From an uncultured Gammaproteobacteria bacterium (GTDB lineage: Bacteria > Patescibacteriota > Microgenomatia > UBA10105 > UBA927): a stretch of DNA of 64,000 bases. Positions 40,005 through 50,013 of this stretch are shown here, piece after piece. Made by a program: the position numbers and the translations under genes. Numbering within the stretch: position 1 is the first letter of the stretch; every line of letters starts with the position of its first letter. The notes beneath the pieces were generated by a model, which saw only the letters and a program-made list of their open reading frames with translations, was not told the DNA's origin and did not search any database. The DNA lies in contig CAZUOM010000001.1 in NCBI GenBank assembly GCA_964621305.1, positions 165,448 through 229,447 of the forward strand, read 5' to 3'.

Positions 40005-40118
40005 CTACGGGAGACGGACAAAGAGAAGGATCGTCAAAAGAAGCGCAATTACGGCCAGACCGAACGCAATCTGCGCTCTGACGTTGATATCGGTAAAATC
40101 CATTTCTTTGATTTTCAT
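40005..40118 (-). CDS. 37 aa single-TM peptide
   Basis: MKIKEMDFTDINVRAQIAFGLAVIALLLTILLFVRLP, AAGGA upstream. Confidence 0.5.
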   Translation of the reverse strand: MKIKEMDFTDINVRAQIAFGLAVIALLLTILLFVRLP

Positions 40119-40247
40119 GGTGTTATATATTCCTTAACTGATACGCGATGAATAAACACACGATAGCAGACACAATGTTGTTCGTCAAGGCTACGATGCG
40201 CTGACTGAAACTCAAATAGTTAATGCAATTCTGAGTACGAAACGTCT

Positions 40248-40793
40248 TCAGGGGATTTGGCTGTCAGAAGTGTATTTATATGCTTTTTTCCCTCTTCCAA
40301 GACGTTTCCAGTTGGGATTGAGGCTGCCCAGAATTATGAAGTCATCGAGCATGTCAAAACCATAATGGAGAAGCATCGCGCCAAATAAAACCACGGCCGT
40401 CTGCCACTCGTAGAAATACGCCAGAATACATAATGCTAACAAGACTCCCATCGTGAAAAAATTATGGGAAAGCAAGCTCGTATTCTGCTTATGTCCGTTT
40501 TCCCACAGATTCCACAGATTCCGTATCTGAAAATGGCGAAGGTAAAAGCGGGTCTGGACGGAAAATGCATCTTTCCTTCCGTAGGTATAAAAATAGAGGA
40601 TGTGGTCGATATCCGGGAGCACCGAGGCTCCCACTGAGAGCCAAATCCAGCGAGGATTCAACTGCCCCCACAGCTCCCTAAGAAACCACGCCCATATTAA
40701 GCCAATGAGAACATGGGTGATTTCGTGCTTTGTGTGCCAGATGACCCACGCCACACTCTTGACTTTAGCCACTGACCTGCGGATTCGACGCAT
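40248..40793 (-). CDS. Membrane-bound metal-dependent hydrolase (YdjM/DUF457-like)
   Basis: HVLIG, SVLPDIDH, SH, LHYGFD motifs. Confidence 0.82.
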   Translation of the reverse strand: MRRIRRSVAKVKSVAWVIWHTKHEITHVLIGLIWAWFLRELWGQLNPRWIWLSVGASVLPDIDHILYFYTYGRKDAFSVQTRFYLRHFQIRNLWNLWENGHKQNTSLLSHNFFTMGVLLALCILAYFYEWQTAVVLFGAMLLHYGFDMLDDFIILGSLNPNWKRLGRGKKAYKYTSDSQIP

Positions 40794-40811
40794 ATATCAA
40801 GTGTATCACAC

Positions 40812-40862
40812 AAAAAAATCCCCGGCTGATGGACGCTTTTATCCATTGCGGGGATTTTTTTG
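40812..40862. terminator. Bidirectional intrinsic terminator-like hairpin
   Basis: AAAAAAATCCC...GGGATTTTTTT inverted repeat. Confidence 0.65.
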
Positions 40863-41070
40863 AAATGCTCCATTCAGTGGAGCAGAGATCTGAAAAGCCA
40901 AAATTTAGCTCCTCAAAACAACTGCTCCACTCAACAAACTTACAACAAACCTACAACAAAAAAAACAAAAAATGGGACAACAGGAGGAGGACAGCGTGAT
41001 AAATCGAAATTATTGATGATTATGATATAAGTCCTCCCCCCTTTGTTCCACAACTAGCTAGCTATCTATA

Positions 41071-41172
41071 TCACGCGTCTCCGTGCCCGGCTGTGTTGCC
41101 GGTTATGATCACGCCGATTCCTACGACAGCGGGCACGATGACAACCAAAATCAAAAATACTATCTCCAACAT
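41071..41172 (-). CDS. 33 aa hydrophobic peptide
   Basis: MLEIVFLILVVIVPAVVGIGVIITGNTAGHGDA with strong AAGGAGG SD. Confidence 0.55.
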   Translation of the reverse strand: MLEIVFLILVVIVPAVVGIGVIITGNTAGHGDA

Positions 41173-41265
41173 GTTGCCTCCTTGGTTCTTTGTTTTGGTA
41201 ATGTGCACTCAGAACTTAACTTATAGTATACCACACTCCCATAGAAAAGCAACTGTCTCGGGTGT

Positions 41266-41484
41266 TTACTGCTTTGGCCATGAGAGTTTGACTCCGCAGG
41301 CAGGGCAATACAGCCATTGCACCTGGCCCAGTCCGTAGCTGCAGGCAGGACACTGCTTGCCTCCCCGATTGACCATAAGGTTCTGAATAAGACTCTGCGG
41401 CGGCGCCGATGCCTCAATGAGTGGTGCGGCACACTCGTTGCAGAAATTGCCTGCTTTCTCACCGTGGATGCGGCATACTTTCAT
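41266..41484 (-). CDS. Double zinc-ribbon small protein
   Basis: CxxH, CxxC, CxxC, CxxC; AAGGAG SD. Confidence 0.72.
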   Translation of the reverse strand: MKVCRIHGEKAGNFCNECAAPLIEASAPPQSLIQNLMVNRGGKQCPACSYGLGQVQWLYCPACGVKLSWPKQ

Positions 41485-41584
41485 CGGGATTCTCCTTTCT
41501 TAAGCCTGACGTCATTTTGATTTTAAAGAACCATATGTCCTATAATATTGACATCAGTGTTATTTTATGGTATACTAACAGGTT

Positions 41585-42442
41585 ATGAGCGCAGCAGCAA
41601 GGGCTGAAATAGCAGTCCACGGCATACATTTTTCTCCGAACGGAAAAGAACCTAAGATGTTTACGCCTGCCTCGCATCGCGGCCTGGTTCACGGCATCGA
41701 CGCAGACTTCAAACTACCGTTTGTCATGGCAAAGCCGTCTTGGATGAATGAGCACATTGAGACAATGCGTAATAAATTTGATATATACACCCAGCCTGCC
41801 TCGGAAAGAGATTTTCGTGAAGCCATGAGAGCAGTAACAATTAGGAAAGACGGCAAAGTAGCCTTTCGTAATCCCTCCCTGCCATATCCGAAGCCGACCA
41901 GGCCCCACGCAAAGCTTAATCGCCACCGCCATCCATCTCCTGCACCCGAGGATGAACGACGTGATGACGAACCGAGGTGGGAACGGCTCCCAGATCATGT
42001 TGATGAAGCGAATCGCGCAGACTTATTCGATCCTACCCTCGACCGATTCCACAGAAAAAACTCTATCAGAATCCAAAATCCGGCCTATCTATTGCATATG
42101 CCATCACGTCCTGCCGTCGAGCCTAGAGGCAACGGCCGTGACATGCCCGATTCTTTAATTCAAAGACTTTCCAGTGCAATCAGTGCAGTTGATAGAGCTG
42201 CCTCAAACGGAAACACTCTAATAGAACGGCAGCGGGCAACGATTGATTATTTTATGCGCAATGGCGCGATAAAAGCAGAATTCACGAGCAGGGCTCGAGC
42301 CCCCAATAAAATACATACCATACTGAAAATTTCTGTTCGTTCTTATAAGGACAAAGGCCAATTTATCGGCCTCGGTGGTAGCATAGCACGCCAAATCAGA
42401 CGAATCGTCGGTGTGAACTCCGTTATGGTCAGTGTCGATTAA
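41585..42442 (+). CDS. Hypothetical protein with possible C-terminal KH domain
   Basis: KGQFIGLGGSIARQIRRIVG resembles the KH GxxG loop; TGGTATACT before ATG. Confidence 0.6.
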   Translation: MSAAARAEIAVHGIHFSPNGKEPKMFTPASHRGLVHGIDADFKLPFVMAKPSWMNEHIETMRNKFDIYTQPASERDFREAMRAVTIRKDGKVAFRNPSLPYPKPTRPHAKLNRHRHPSPAPEDERRDDEPRWERLPDHVDEANRADLFDPTLDRFHRKNSIRIQNPAYLLHMPSRPAVEPRGNGRDMPDSLIQRLSSAISAVDRAASNGNTLIERQRATIDYFMRNGAIKAEFTSRARAPNKIHTILKISVRSYKDKGQFIGLGGSIARQIRRIVGVNSVMVSVD

Positions 42443-42554
42443 AATCGATCGTTTTTTGCACCCCGACGCCTCCTGTGCTACACTCCCAATCGGCCAATTC
42501 AATAGGCTGATCTTTGACAAGTGATAAAAAATTCTCGTATAAGGAGATGAGACA

Positions 42555-43187
42555 GTGTTTGATAAAATTGCCCATCCGGAAGAAGTCAGGGGAAGCAATG
42601 TCGGGATAATGGGAATTACCGCTGACCCGCCACACCGAGGTCATCGGGAATTAATCGCCGGAGTCCTTGCATGCAATCGTTTTACCACGGTCGTGTTGTA
42701 TCCGACCGGGGAACAACGAGATGATAAAACAATTTCCGCTGGTCCCAACGACCGGGCAGCCATGCTCATGCAAACGCTCAACCCGGAGTTATTCGGGTAT
42801 CCGACAAAACTTATAGTCGTTTTTGCCGATATGTACGGCAAAAACACATACACGATCAAACTCCTGCAAGCGTATCAGAAACGATTTCCGGACAAACACT
42901 TTTCATGAATCACAGGGAGTGATTCTGACATCGGCACCTGGCACTGCGGCAAAGAACTGCTTGAAAAATGGCATTTTTGCATCGTACCGCGGCCGGGATT
43001 TGACAGGCTCCCGCCAGCCCTGCCGGTTCACTACGAAATTCTCGACGTGCCGCACGGGCTCCACGTTTCAAGTACGCAAATCAAGCAGCTCATAAAAAAC
43101 GGCGAACCGTTTGAAAGATTCGTTACGCCGGCAGTCGCCCGGTTTATAAAGGAAAATAGACTTTACAAATACCAAGAAAGACGGTAA
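42555..43187 (+). pseudogene. nadD: Nicotinate-nucleotide adenylyltransferase interrupted by in-frame TGA (42906-42908)
   Basis: GITADPPHRGH, TYTIKLL, HFS*ITGSD, VPRPG, VSSTQIK, VARFIKENRLY in one frame. Confidence 0.85.
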
Positions 43188-43193
43188 GGAGGA

Positions 43194-45164
43194 ATGCCGA
43201 TGTCACGGATAAAAATCGGCCTGGCCCACACAGACAGTTGGGTCGGCGCCTTTGACGACAACTTTGCCAAAATCTGCCGATCTGCAGAACGCGTGGCTTT
43301 TGCGCAAAGCACCTTTGGCGTCTTTGGTGAACAGGTTATCTCGGGCTACCCAAGCGAAGATCTCACGCATTGGCCAAGTTTCGTTGCGGGACAGATGGAA
43401 AAACTCGTGAAGTTTGCCCGATTTACCAAAACGCTTGAGTTTAAGACCATCTTTGTCGTCGGTCTCACGGTTGCTCACGGAGGCCACAACTACAATTGTG
43501 CGGCCCTCGTCTACGACGGCAACATCATCGGCATCGTTCCGAAGCAAAAGCTACCCAACTACGATGTCTTCTACGAAATGCGCTGGTTTACACCGGGCTT
43601 GCCATATCAGTTCGAAACAGTCACGCTTGCCCCCGGCATCAGCGCACCGTTTGGGGATATAATCTTTGCAACCCCGTTTTGCACATTTGCCCTTGAAGTG
43701 TGTGAAGACATCTGGTCAAACGAAGGGCCAATGGCGCGGCGCGCATATTCGGGAGCGGAGCTCGTGATGAATATATCAGCGTCTCCCTTTCGGATCGGCG
43801 TCGTCGATACAAGACGGGAAATGATTGCGACACGAGCCTCAGACAACCAAGCAACCATCGTCTACTGCAATAAAGTCGGCGGTCAGGGTAGCCTAGTGTT
43901 TGATGGTGGCGGATTTATCAACCAAAACGGGAAGATGGTATACGAATCGCCTCGCTGGCAGGAAACGGCGTCATCCTGCGTTGTTGACTTGGACATCACG
44001 CGGGCGCGTCGAACAAAAAATACCACATGGCGAACGGACGCAGCAGAATTTGCGAGAAAGAATAGTCCGGTTCAAACCGTGATGGTTGATATGGGTGATT
44101 TTGTTTTACCGCAATATCGCGTTTTTGAACCGTTGAGACAATCCAAGAGCGTCTTCATGCCTGCATTTCAAAAGCCAAAAAATCCGCGCGCCGATTACTT
44201 TAACGATCTCATCGAAGCCATGATCTGGGCCCTCGGCGGGTACTTTGAAAAAACAAAGGCATTTCAACGGATTGGCGTTGCTCTTTCCGGCGGTCGTGAT
44301 TCAGCGCTTTCCTTCATCATTGCATATCTTTATGCCAAGAGGAAAGGCGCTCATGTCTCTGATTTCCTCCATGCATTCTCGATGCCCTCTAGGTTTAACA
44401 GCAAAACAACCAAGAGCATTGCGCGAATGCTTTGCCAAGAACTCGGCGTTTCGTTTATGGAACTTCCTATCGAGGAAGCGGCTCGTCGGGAAACCCGCGC
44501 AACCAAGATGATGCTTGGAGGCAAAGATCCTACTGCAATCACCAAACAAAATATCCAGGCACGAATCCGTGCCGCTCGCATGTGGAACTGGGCAAATACA
44601 GCACATGCGATGATGCTCCAAACGGGCAACATGAGTGAGAAAGCGGTTGGATATACGACAACGATCGGAGACCTCTCTGGAGCATACTCGCTTTTGGGCA
44701 ATCTACCCAAAACCGTCATCAACGAGCTCCTGCGGTACCTGTACGAAGTGTACAAATGGAAAGCGCTCGGCGAACTTTTGAAAACCAAGGCATCTGCTGA
44801 ACTTGCCAACGGGCAAAGCGATGAGGCAGATCTCATGCCGTTTCCGGTCCTGGATGCTTGCTTTTTCCACTTCGTCGGAGACAAGATGGATGTAGCAACG
44901 CTCTATCTCACGCTTCGAGCAAAATGGAGCGATAGTCAGCTGCGAAAGATGGATCCAACGTATACCAAAGGGAAGTTGAAAGAATGGGTCGAAAAATTCA
45001 TCACCCTTTTCTTTCGATCCATCTACAAGTGGGTCCAGGCGCCAGAGACAGCACATCTGGCATCAGTGGATTTGGACCGCGAGCGCGCACTGCAGCTTCA
45101 AGCCGCAAGCTCTACCCAGTGGCTTGGAAACGCAAGAGAGGTCCTCGCCTCCCTTCCGGACTGA
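43194..45164 (+). CDS. nadE: Glutamine-dependent NAD+ synthetase
   Basis: Nitrilase-like domain (PKQKLPNYDVFYEMRWF, EVCEDIW) plus SGGRDS, QNIQARIR, TGNMSE. Confidence 0.95.
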   Translation: MPMSRIKIGLAHTDSWVGAFDDNFAKICRSAERVAFAQSTFGVFGEQVISGYPSEDLTHWPSFVAGQMEKLVKFARFTKTLEFKTIFVVGLTVAHGGHNYNCAALVYDGNIIGIVPKQKLPNYDVFYEMRWFTPGLPYQFETVTLAPGISAPFGDIIFATPFCTFALEVCEDIWSNEGPMARRAYSGAELVMNISASPFRIGVVDTRREMIATRASDNQATIVYCNKVGGQGSLVFDGGGFINQNGKMVYESPRWQETASSCVVDLDITRARRTKNTTWRTDAAEFARKNSPVQTVMVDMGDFVLPQYRVFEPLRQSKSVFMPAFQKPKNPRADYFNDLIEAMIWALGGYFEKTKAFQRIGVALSGGRDSALSFIIAYLYAKRKGAHVSDFLHAFSMPSRFNSKTTKSIARMLCQELGVSFMELPIEEAARRETRATKMMLGGKDPTAITKQNIQARIRAARMWNWANTAHAMMLQTGNMSEKAVGYTTTIGDLSGAYSLLGNLPKTVINELLRYLYEVYKWKALGELLKTKASAELANGQSDEADLMPFPVLDACFFHFVGDKMDVATLYLTLRAKWSDSQLRKMDPTYTKGKLKEWVEKFITLFFRSIYKWVQAPETAHLASVDLDRERALQLQAASSTQWLGNAREVLASLPD

Positions 45165-45195
45165 CGGAAAAAACATTCTAACGGAGGAAAATCAA

Positions 45196-45513
45196 ATGAA
45201 CAAGAAACATTGGTGGGAAGAGATCATCGAGGCCGTAAAAGAAAGCATCGCCTTTCGTGCCAAGCTAAACCCTCGGAGGGTATTAGATAAAGTGGCGATT
45301 AAGGTGGTCAGCCTCCAAATCTGTCGACTCTTGAAAGTTCTTGAGTGTGTGGATGACATTCCATTTGCTCGTCGGGCAAAGGTATACGATCAGCTTGATC
45401 AACTGATCCAGCTGGACGAGAAGGCAGGTAGCGACTCGACAGTTCAGATCGTCCTTGCCGGTCTGAAAATTCAGTACATGCAATATCAAGTGAAAGAGAA
45501 GAAGGAAGAGTAG
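45196..45513 (+). CDS. Hypothetical protein within the NAD cluster
   Basis: GGAGG SD then ATG 45196, 105 aa. Confidence 0.6.
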   Translation: MNKKHWWEEIIEAVKESIAFRAKLNPRRVLDKVAIKVVSLQICRLLKVLECVDDIPFARRAKVYDQLDQLIQLDEKAGSDSTVQIVLAGLKIQYMQYQVKEKKEE

Positions 45514-45756
45514 AAACCCTCAACAAACCCATGACCAGGCTGATGCAATTATGCATCAACGCAGAACGGTCATGGGTTTTTTTTGGCAAGAAGGCAACCC
45601 TATAGTTTGACTGTGCATGCCAGGCATGGTAAAATACATAGGTTCTCTCTGGCTCATTGACATACAAATGAGAATTCCCTCCTGTTGGTATTGCCATGAT
45701 GTACTCAAAATGTAGAGTACAGCAAGCAATACCAACAAAATTTTGAAGGAGGCAGC

Positions 45757-46971
45757 ATGATTGTTGGCCATCAAATCATTCAAGGCAAGTGGGACTCGGA
45801 TACGTACGCGTGGACCATGGCAAATGCGCAACAGTTAAACGACCAGAGCCACGGCCGCAACCTTTGGCTCCACTACAAACTCATCCATCGAAACAAATGG
45901 GGGTTTCCCCCAAATATGGTCGATGTGTTTCGGGAACAGGTCCAAAACATGACCACGCTCGCTACCCCAGCCCATCAAACGGCTCATTTCAAAGCGCGTG
46001 CCACATGGGTGAGACCGTCGTTTATTGACTGGTTTGCCAATGAATTTCGCTTTAATCCCAATCAGGTCACGATCGGAAGCGACAGCGGTCGACTGTCTGC
46101 GGATATCATCGGACCGGTTCCGGATGTGATGTTTTGGCAGTTTCCGATCATGCAGACAACCAATGAACTCGACAACATCCTTTCCGGTCGCAAACCCAAA
46201 CCTGGCTGGGAAAGACGCACCAGCAATAAAGGAATACTCTGGAAGAAGCACGGCGTGCCGGTTGCAGAATTTGGCTCGCGGCGCAGATTTTCCTATGCCG
46301 TCCAAAAACGAGCCCTTGAGATTCTTATCGAAACGATGGGGTTGAAGGAAAACGGGGGCCTTCTTTTGGGAACAAGCAACGGGGCTCTGGCGGGAGACGT
46401 CTTTGCGCAACCTATGGGCACCAAAGGACATGATCGCAAACAGATCTACGCAGCACTCGTTGGGTATCTCCTGGCAAACAAGGTCGAGCGCGCGGAGTGG
46501 TTGGAGGCGTACCCTGAATTTCCCGGATACGATCTTCCCGATACCTTCACTACAAAGGTTTATCTGCGCGATTGGGACGACCGGACGATCCTCGCCTTCA
46601 CAGGAATGCGTCAGGATTCGGGCGACCCGTACTGGTTTACCGATGCATTCGTAAATTTCTACAGGTACTGGCGGGTGCCGTTTAACAACAAAGGTATGAT
46701 CTACAGCAACAAGCTGGACTCGCTAACCGCGGTACAACTTGTTGAATACAACCGAAAAAACAATTTGTTCACCGCATCCTGCGGCATCGGCACCAACATC
46801 ACCAACGACGTCGGCTGGCCGGCTCCGGATTACGTCGTCAAATTGTGGGCGGTCAGTCTGGATGCTGGCAAAACATGGATTAGTGTATGCAAACTCTCTG
46901 ATGATGACGGCAAAGTGACTGGCGCCCCGGATGCAGTCGCCCGCGCGAAGCGGGAACTGGGGATTGGGTAA
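45757..46971 (+). CDS. pncB: Nicotinate phosphoribosyltransferase
   Basis: EFGSRRRFS, GTSN, MGTKGH, PDTFT, RQDSGDP, GIGTNITND, KLSDDDGK. Confidence 0.92.
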   Translation: MIVGHQIIQGKWDSDTYAWTMANAQQLNDQSHGRNLWLHYKLIHRNKWGFPPNMVDVFREQVQNMTTLATPAHQTAHFKARATWVRPSFIDWFANEFRFNPNQVTIGSDSGRLSADIIGPVPDVMFWQFPIMQTTNELDNILSGRKPKPGWERRTSNKGILWKKHGVPVAEFGSRRRFSYAVQKRALEILIETMGLKENGGLLLGTSNGALAGDVFAQPMGTKGHDRKQIYAALVGYLLANKVERAEWLEAYPEFPGYDLPDTFTTKVYLRDWDDRTILAFTGMRQDSGDPYWFTDAFVNFYRYWRVPFNNKGMIYSNKLDSLTAVQLVEYNRKNNLFTASCGIGTNITNDVGWPAPDYVVKLWAVSLDAGKTWISVCKLSDDDGKVTGAPDAVARAKRELGIG

Positions 46972-46999
46972 GATCGAAAATCGTTGATAATTCACCACA

Positions 47000-47049
47000 G
47001 CACCTGCGATAGCGGGAACTTTTCCGACTAATTGCAGGTGCTTTTTTTT
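47000..47049 (+). terminator. Intrinsic terminator after pncB
   Basis: GCACCTGC...GCAGGTGC followed by T8. Confidence 0.75.
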
Positions 47050-47086
47050 GTGGGAAAAACATTGTTGACCTGCTGATTATCTGCTA

Positions 47087-47396
47087 CCTGAGTTTCTCAA
47101 ATTCTCCATTTCCCCATTAACTCGAGGCTAAATTTCCAAAATTCAGGGCACTAAGGGGTATCATTGTGGGATGACGTATATTCGCCGGGTAAAAACTGCC
47201 AGATATGCAGTTGCCATTCAAGTGGTCCGGAAGTAGCAGGGGGAAATTGTCCAATTCCGCTTTACTGGGCGAGGTGCTGCGGGAACAGTACCGCCTCATG
47301 AACGGCCGGGAGTATCCAGCAGAGGCAGACATTCCTCCGGTTATCCACACGCTATTACAAAAACTTCGCTTAGGGCACTAATTTGAGAAACTCAAG
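47087..47396 (+). mobile_element. Internally deleted IS remnant (IS1634-like), 310 bp
   Basis: 15 bp terminal inverted repeat TGAGTTTCTCAAATT; N-terminal fragment MTYIRRVKTARYAVAIQVVRK and C-terminal fragment ...LLQKLRLGH* running into the right IR. Confidence 0.75.
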
Positions 47397-47507
47397 TTCC
47401 AGAGCGCTTGTCTGGTTGCCTGCCACTTAGTCTGCCGCAGCAGAAGGTCCACTGTTTTTCAATGGACGCAGATGTAAACTAGGTTGCTCATACTTTAAGA
47501 AAAACCG

Positions 47508-48563
47508 TCAGTCGCGAATCTTGAGCGTCTCACGGGAAAAAACTATGTTTTTTGGTTTAATGACGACTTGTTTTTTCCCATTTCTCACGCTCCCCGCGTG
47601 CCACGCGTGAAATCCCTTCTTTTCTGCAATCGCAATGGCCCGCGCCACAGCATTTGCTCGTACGTAGAGCGCAAATCCGGCGCCCATGTTGAAGGTTTCA
47701 AACATCTCCCGATCACTAAGCTTGCCGTGTTTCTGTAAAAAGGAAAATAGCGGTGAGTCTGGAGGCGTCTCTTCGATCACGTACGTAAATGCTCGGGTTG
47801 GTCGCATGAGCTTTCGCCACCCGTGGCCGGTAACGTTGACCGCGTAATGAATATCAACGCCTGCGTCAAAAAGCGCTGACATGAGCCGGGCATAGATATG
47901 GGTAGATCGAAGCAGCGCTTCGCCATACATGAAGCCGTTTGTAAGCTTCGTGGCATAGCCTCCCGGCAGAACATCCGCAATCGCGCGGGCAAGCGTCAAA
48001 CCGTTTGCATGGATGCCACTGCTTTCGACCAAAACGATTGCGTCGCCGTGAGTAATTGCCTCTCCCAAAAGCAGGCGCTTTTTGGGTTTGACGATACCGA
48101 TTGCCGACCCGGCAATGTCTATAACAGCCGGCTCAACAATCCCTTTAAGCGTGGGCGTTTCCCCGCCGCCCCAGACCGCACCCGCGAGACTGCAGGCGTT
48201 TGCCCAACCACGAATCAGATCGCCTGCCCGCTTTTTATCTTCAAACCATCGACAGTCGCCAACGGCAAAGTAGGCATTGACGACTTCAGGTTTGGCGCCA
48301 ACCGTGATGAGATCGTTAACGATCATCGCTAGCGCGTCTTGGGCGATGGCATCGTAGTAGGTCTTGCCGTTAATAGGCCGCATTGCGTCAGCCACGAGAC
48401 TCTTTGTTCCGAGCCCCTCAATCACCATCGCTCGATAACAATCCCGCTCTTCCCAGACATAGGCCGACTCTCCGCGAATCGCGCTTCCTCCTGTTCTTTT
48501 CGCGGCGCGCTGCGCGGCGATTTTGAAGGAATCAAGAATCGTATAGTTTACCTGATAGTGCAT
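47508..48563 (-). CDS. purM: Phosphoribosylformylglycinamidine cyclo-ligase (AIR synthetase)
   Basis: EGLGTK, MIVNDL, GGETP, SSGIHANGLTLAR, NVTGHG, TFNMGAG. Confidence 0.93.
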   Translation of the reverse strand: MHYQVNYTILDSFKIAAQRAAKRTGGSAIRGESAYVWEERDCYRAMVIEGLGTKSLVADAMRPINGKTYYDAIAQDALAMIVNDLITVGAKPEVVNAYFAVGDCRWFEDKKRAGDLIRGWANACSLAGAVWGGGETPTLKGIVEPAVIDIAGSAIGIVKPKKRLLLGEAITHGDAIVLVESSGIHANGLTLARAIADVLPGGYATKLTNGFMYGEALLRSTHIYARLMSALFDAGVDIHYAVNVTGHGWRKLMRPTRAFTYVIEETPPDSPLFSFLQKHGKLSDREMFETFNMGAGFALYVRANAVARAIAIAEKKGFHAWHAGSVRNGKKQVVIKPKNIVFSRETLKIRD

Positions 48564-49519
48564 AGCGAGTCGCGGATGCGTTCTTCGATCGTGTACCCAA
48601 ACGCCCGGAATGCCCGGCCGGTAAGTTTTTCGTAGACGGCGATGTAGCGCCGGGCAAGCGCAACAATGAGATGTCTGGGCATTTCGGGCGGCGGCCCGTC
48701 CCCGCGGTAGCCGCGCTTGGCATACCAAAGTCGCAGGAACTCCTTGTCAAAGTTCTCCGGCTCAAGCCCGCGCTTGACGCGTTCCTTATACGTATCGGAT
48801 ACCCAGAAACGTGAGGAGTCGGGCGTATGGATTTCGTCAATAAGCATAAGTTTGCCCTTATATAATCCAAATTCGTATTTGGTATCAACAAGGATAAGGC
48901 CGCGTTTTCTGCAAAGCCTGCTCCCAAAATCGAATAGCTTACGCGAAATTTTTTCCATCTCTTCATAGAGTTTTTTCGGAACTATCTTCTTTTTTATGAT
49001 TTCCCCGCGGGTCAGCCGTTCGTCATGAAGCGCGCTTCCGGCAAGAGGGTGCGTTGTTGGTGTAATGATCGCAGAGGCAAGTTGCTGATTCTTTTTCAAT
49101 CCGTCGGGAAATCTGATGCCATAGATCATCCGCTCGCCGCGCTCGTAGGAGTACCATATGGAGGTTTTCGTGACACCGGAGATGTAACCGCGCACGATCA
49201 TCTCCACCGGAATCGGCTTGCATTCACGCGCAATCATCACGTTGGGGTCCGGTACGGCGATCATGTGGTTGGGGACGATGTGTTTGGTTTTCTCAAACCA
49301 AAACTGCGACAGGAGATTAAGAACCGCTCCCTTAAATGGGATATGTCCGAGGATGACGTCAAATGCCGATTGTCGATCCGTGGTCACGAGAATCCTCTTG
49401 CCCTCCACTTTATAGAAATCTCGCACCTTGCCCTGATATTTTTTCCCCAAGCCAGATACGTCAACGGTTTTGAGCACCGACGGTAACGCGCGAAGTATTG
49501 TTTTTGATTGCACCATCAT
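48548..49519 (-). CDS. purC: SAICAR synthase
   Basis: YQGKVRDFY, TDRQSAFD, LVDTKYEFG, IDEIHTPDSSRFW, DKEFLR. Confidence 0.96.
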   Translation of the reverse strand: MMVQSKTILRALPSVLKTVDVSGLGKKYQGKVRDFYKVEGKRILVTTDRQSAFDVILGHIPFKGAVLNLLSQFWFEKTKHIVPNHMIAVPDPNVMIARECKPIPVEMIVRGYISGVTKTSIWYSYERGERMIYGIRFPDGLKKNQQLASAIITPTTHPLAGSALHDERLTRGEIIKKKIVPKKLYEEMEKISRKLFDFGSRLCRKRGLILVDTKYEFGLYKGKLMLIDEIHTPDSSRFWVSDTYKERVKRGLEPENFDKEFLRLWYAKRGYRGDGPPPEMPRHLIVALARRYIAVYEKLTGRAFRAFGYTIEERIRDSLCTIR

Positions 49520-50013
49520 TGCCTCCTTTTCTCCAACCTCTTTGATTTTTCTACGACCGCTTTGGCTTGCTGCTTTTTGAATACCACAAGCTTTTTTTGA
49601 AGCGACGGGTCCCCCACCGCAAGGATTTGGAGAGCCAGAAGCCCGGCATTTTTTGCGCCGTTGATACCCACCGTCGCCACGGGAACGCCGGGAGGCATCT
49701 GCACCGTAGAGTAGAGTGAATCCATGCCGCCAAGCGCCGCGGTTTGTATCGGAATACCAACAACCGGCAACGGAAATTCTGATGCAATAACTCCGGCCAG
49801 ATGCGCTGCCCCGCCGGCCGCCGCGATAATAACTTTTATCCCTCGCGCAACAGCAGTTATGGCAAACGCGTGGGTCTCCCGTGGGCTTCTGTGCGCCGAA
49901 AGAACAAGTAATTCATAGGAAACGCGAAACTGGTCAAGGATATCCGTCGCATCCTTCACAACTGGTAAATCCGAATCTGACCCCATGACGACTGCGACAG
50001 CCGGTTTATTCAT
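49516..50013 (-). CDS. purE: N5-CAIR mutase / AIR carboxylase catalytic subunit
   Basis: VMGSDSD, SAHRSP, AGGAAHL, QMPPGVPVATV. Confidence 0.97.
   Translation of the reverse strand: MNKPAVAVVMGSDSDLPVVKDATDILDQFRVSYELLVLSAHRSPRETHAFAITAVARGIKVIIAAAGGAAHLAGVIASEFPLPVVGIPIQTAALGGMDSLYSTVQMPPGVPVATVGINGAKNAGLLALQILAVGDPSLQKKLVVFKKQQAKAVVEKSKRLEKRRQ

Noticed and set aside
42906-42908. Genome-wide TGA recoding (code 4 or 25)
   Set aside because: TGA terminates many genes at expected ends, including ATGA overlaps at purE/purC and purQ/purP, and the 26 kb ORF has no internal TGA.
48564-48728. Longer purM start from the ORF track
   Set aside because: Lies inside purC and is not PurM-like; ATG 48563 is preferred.
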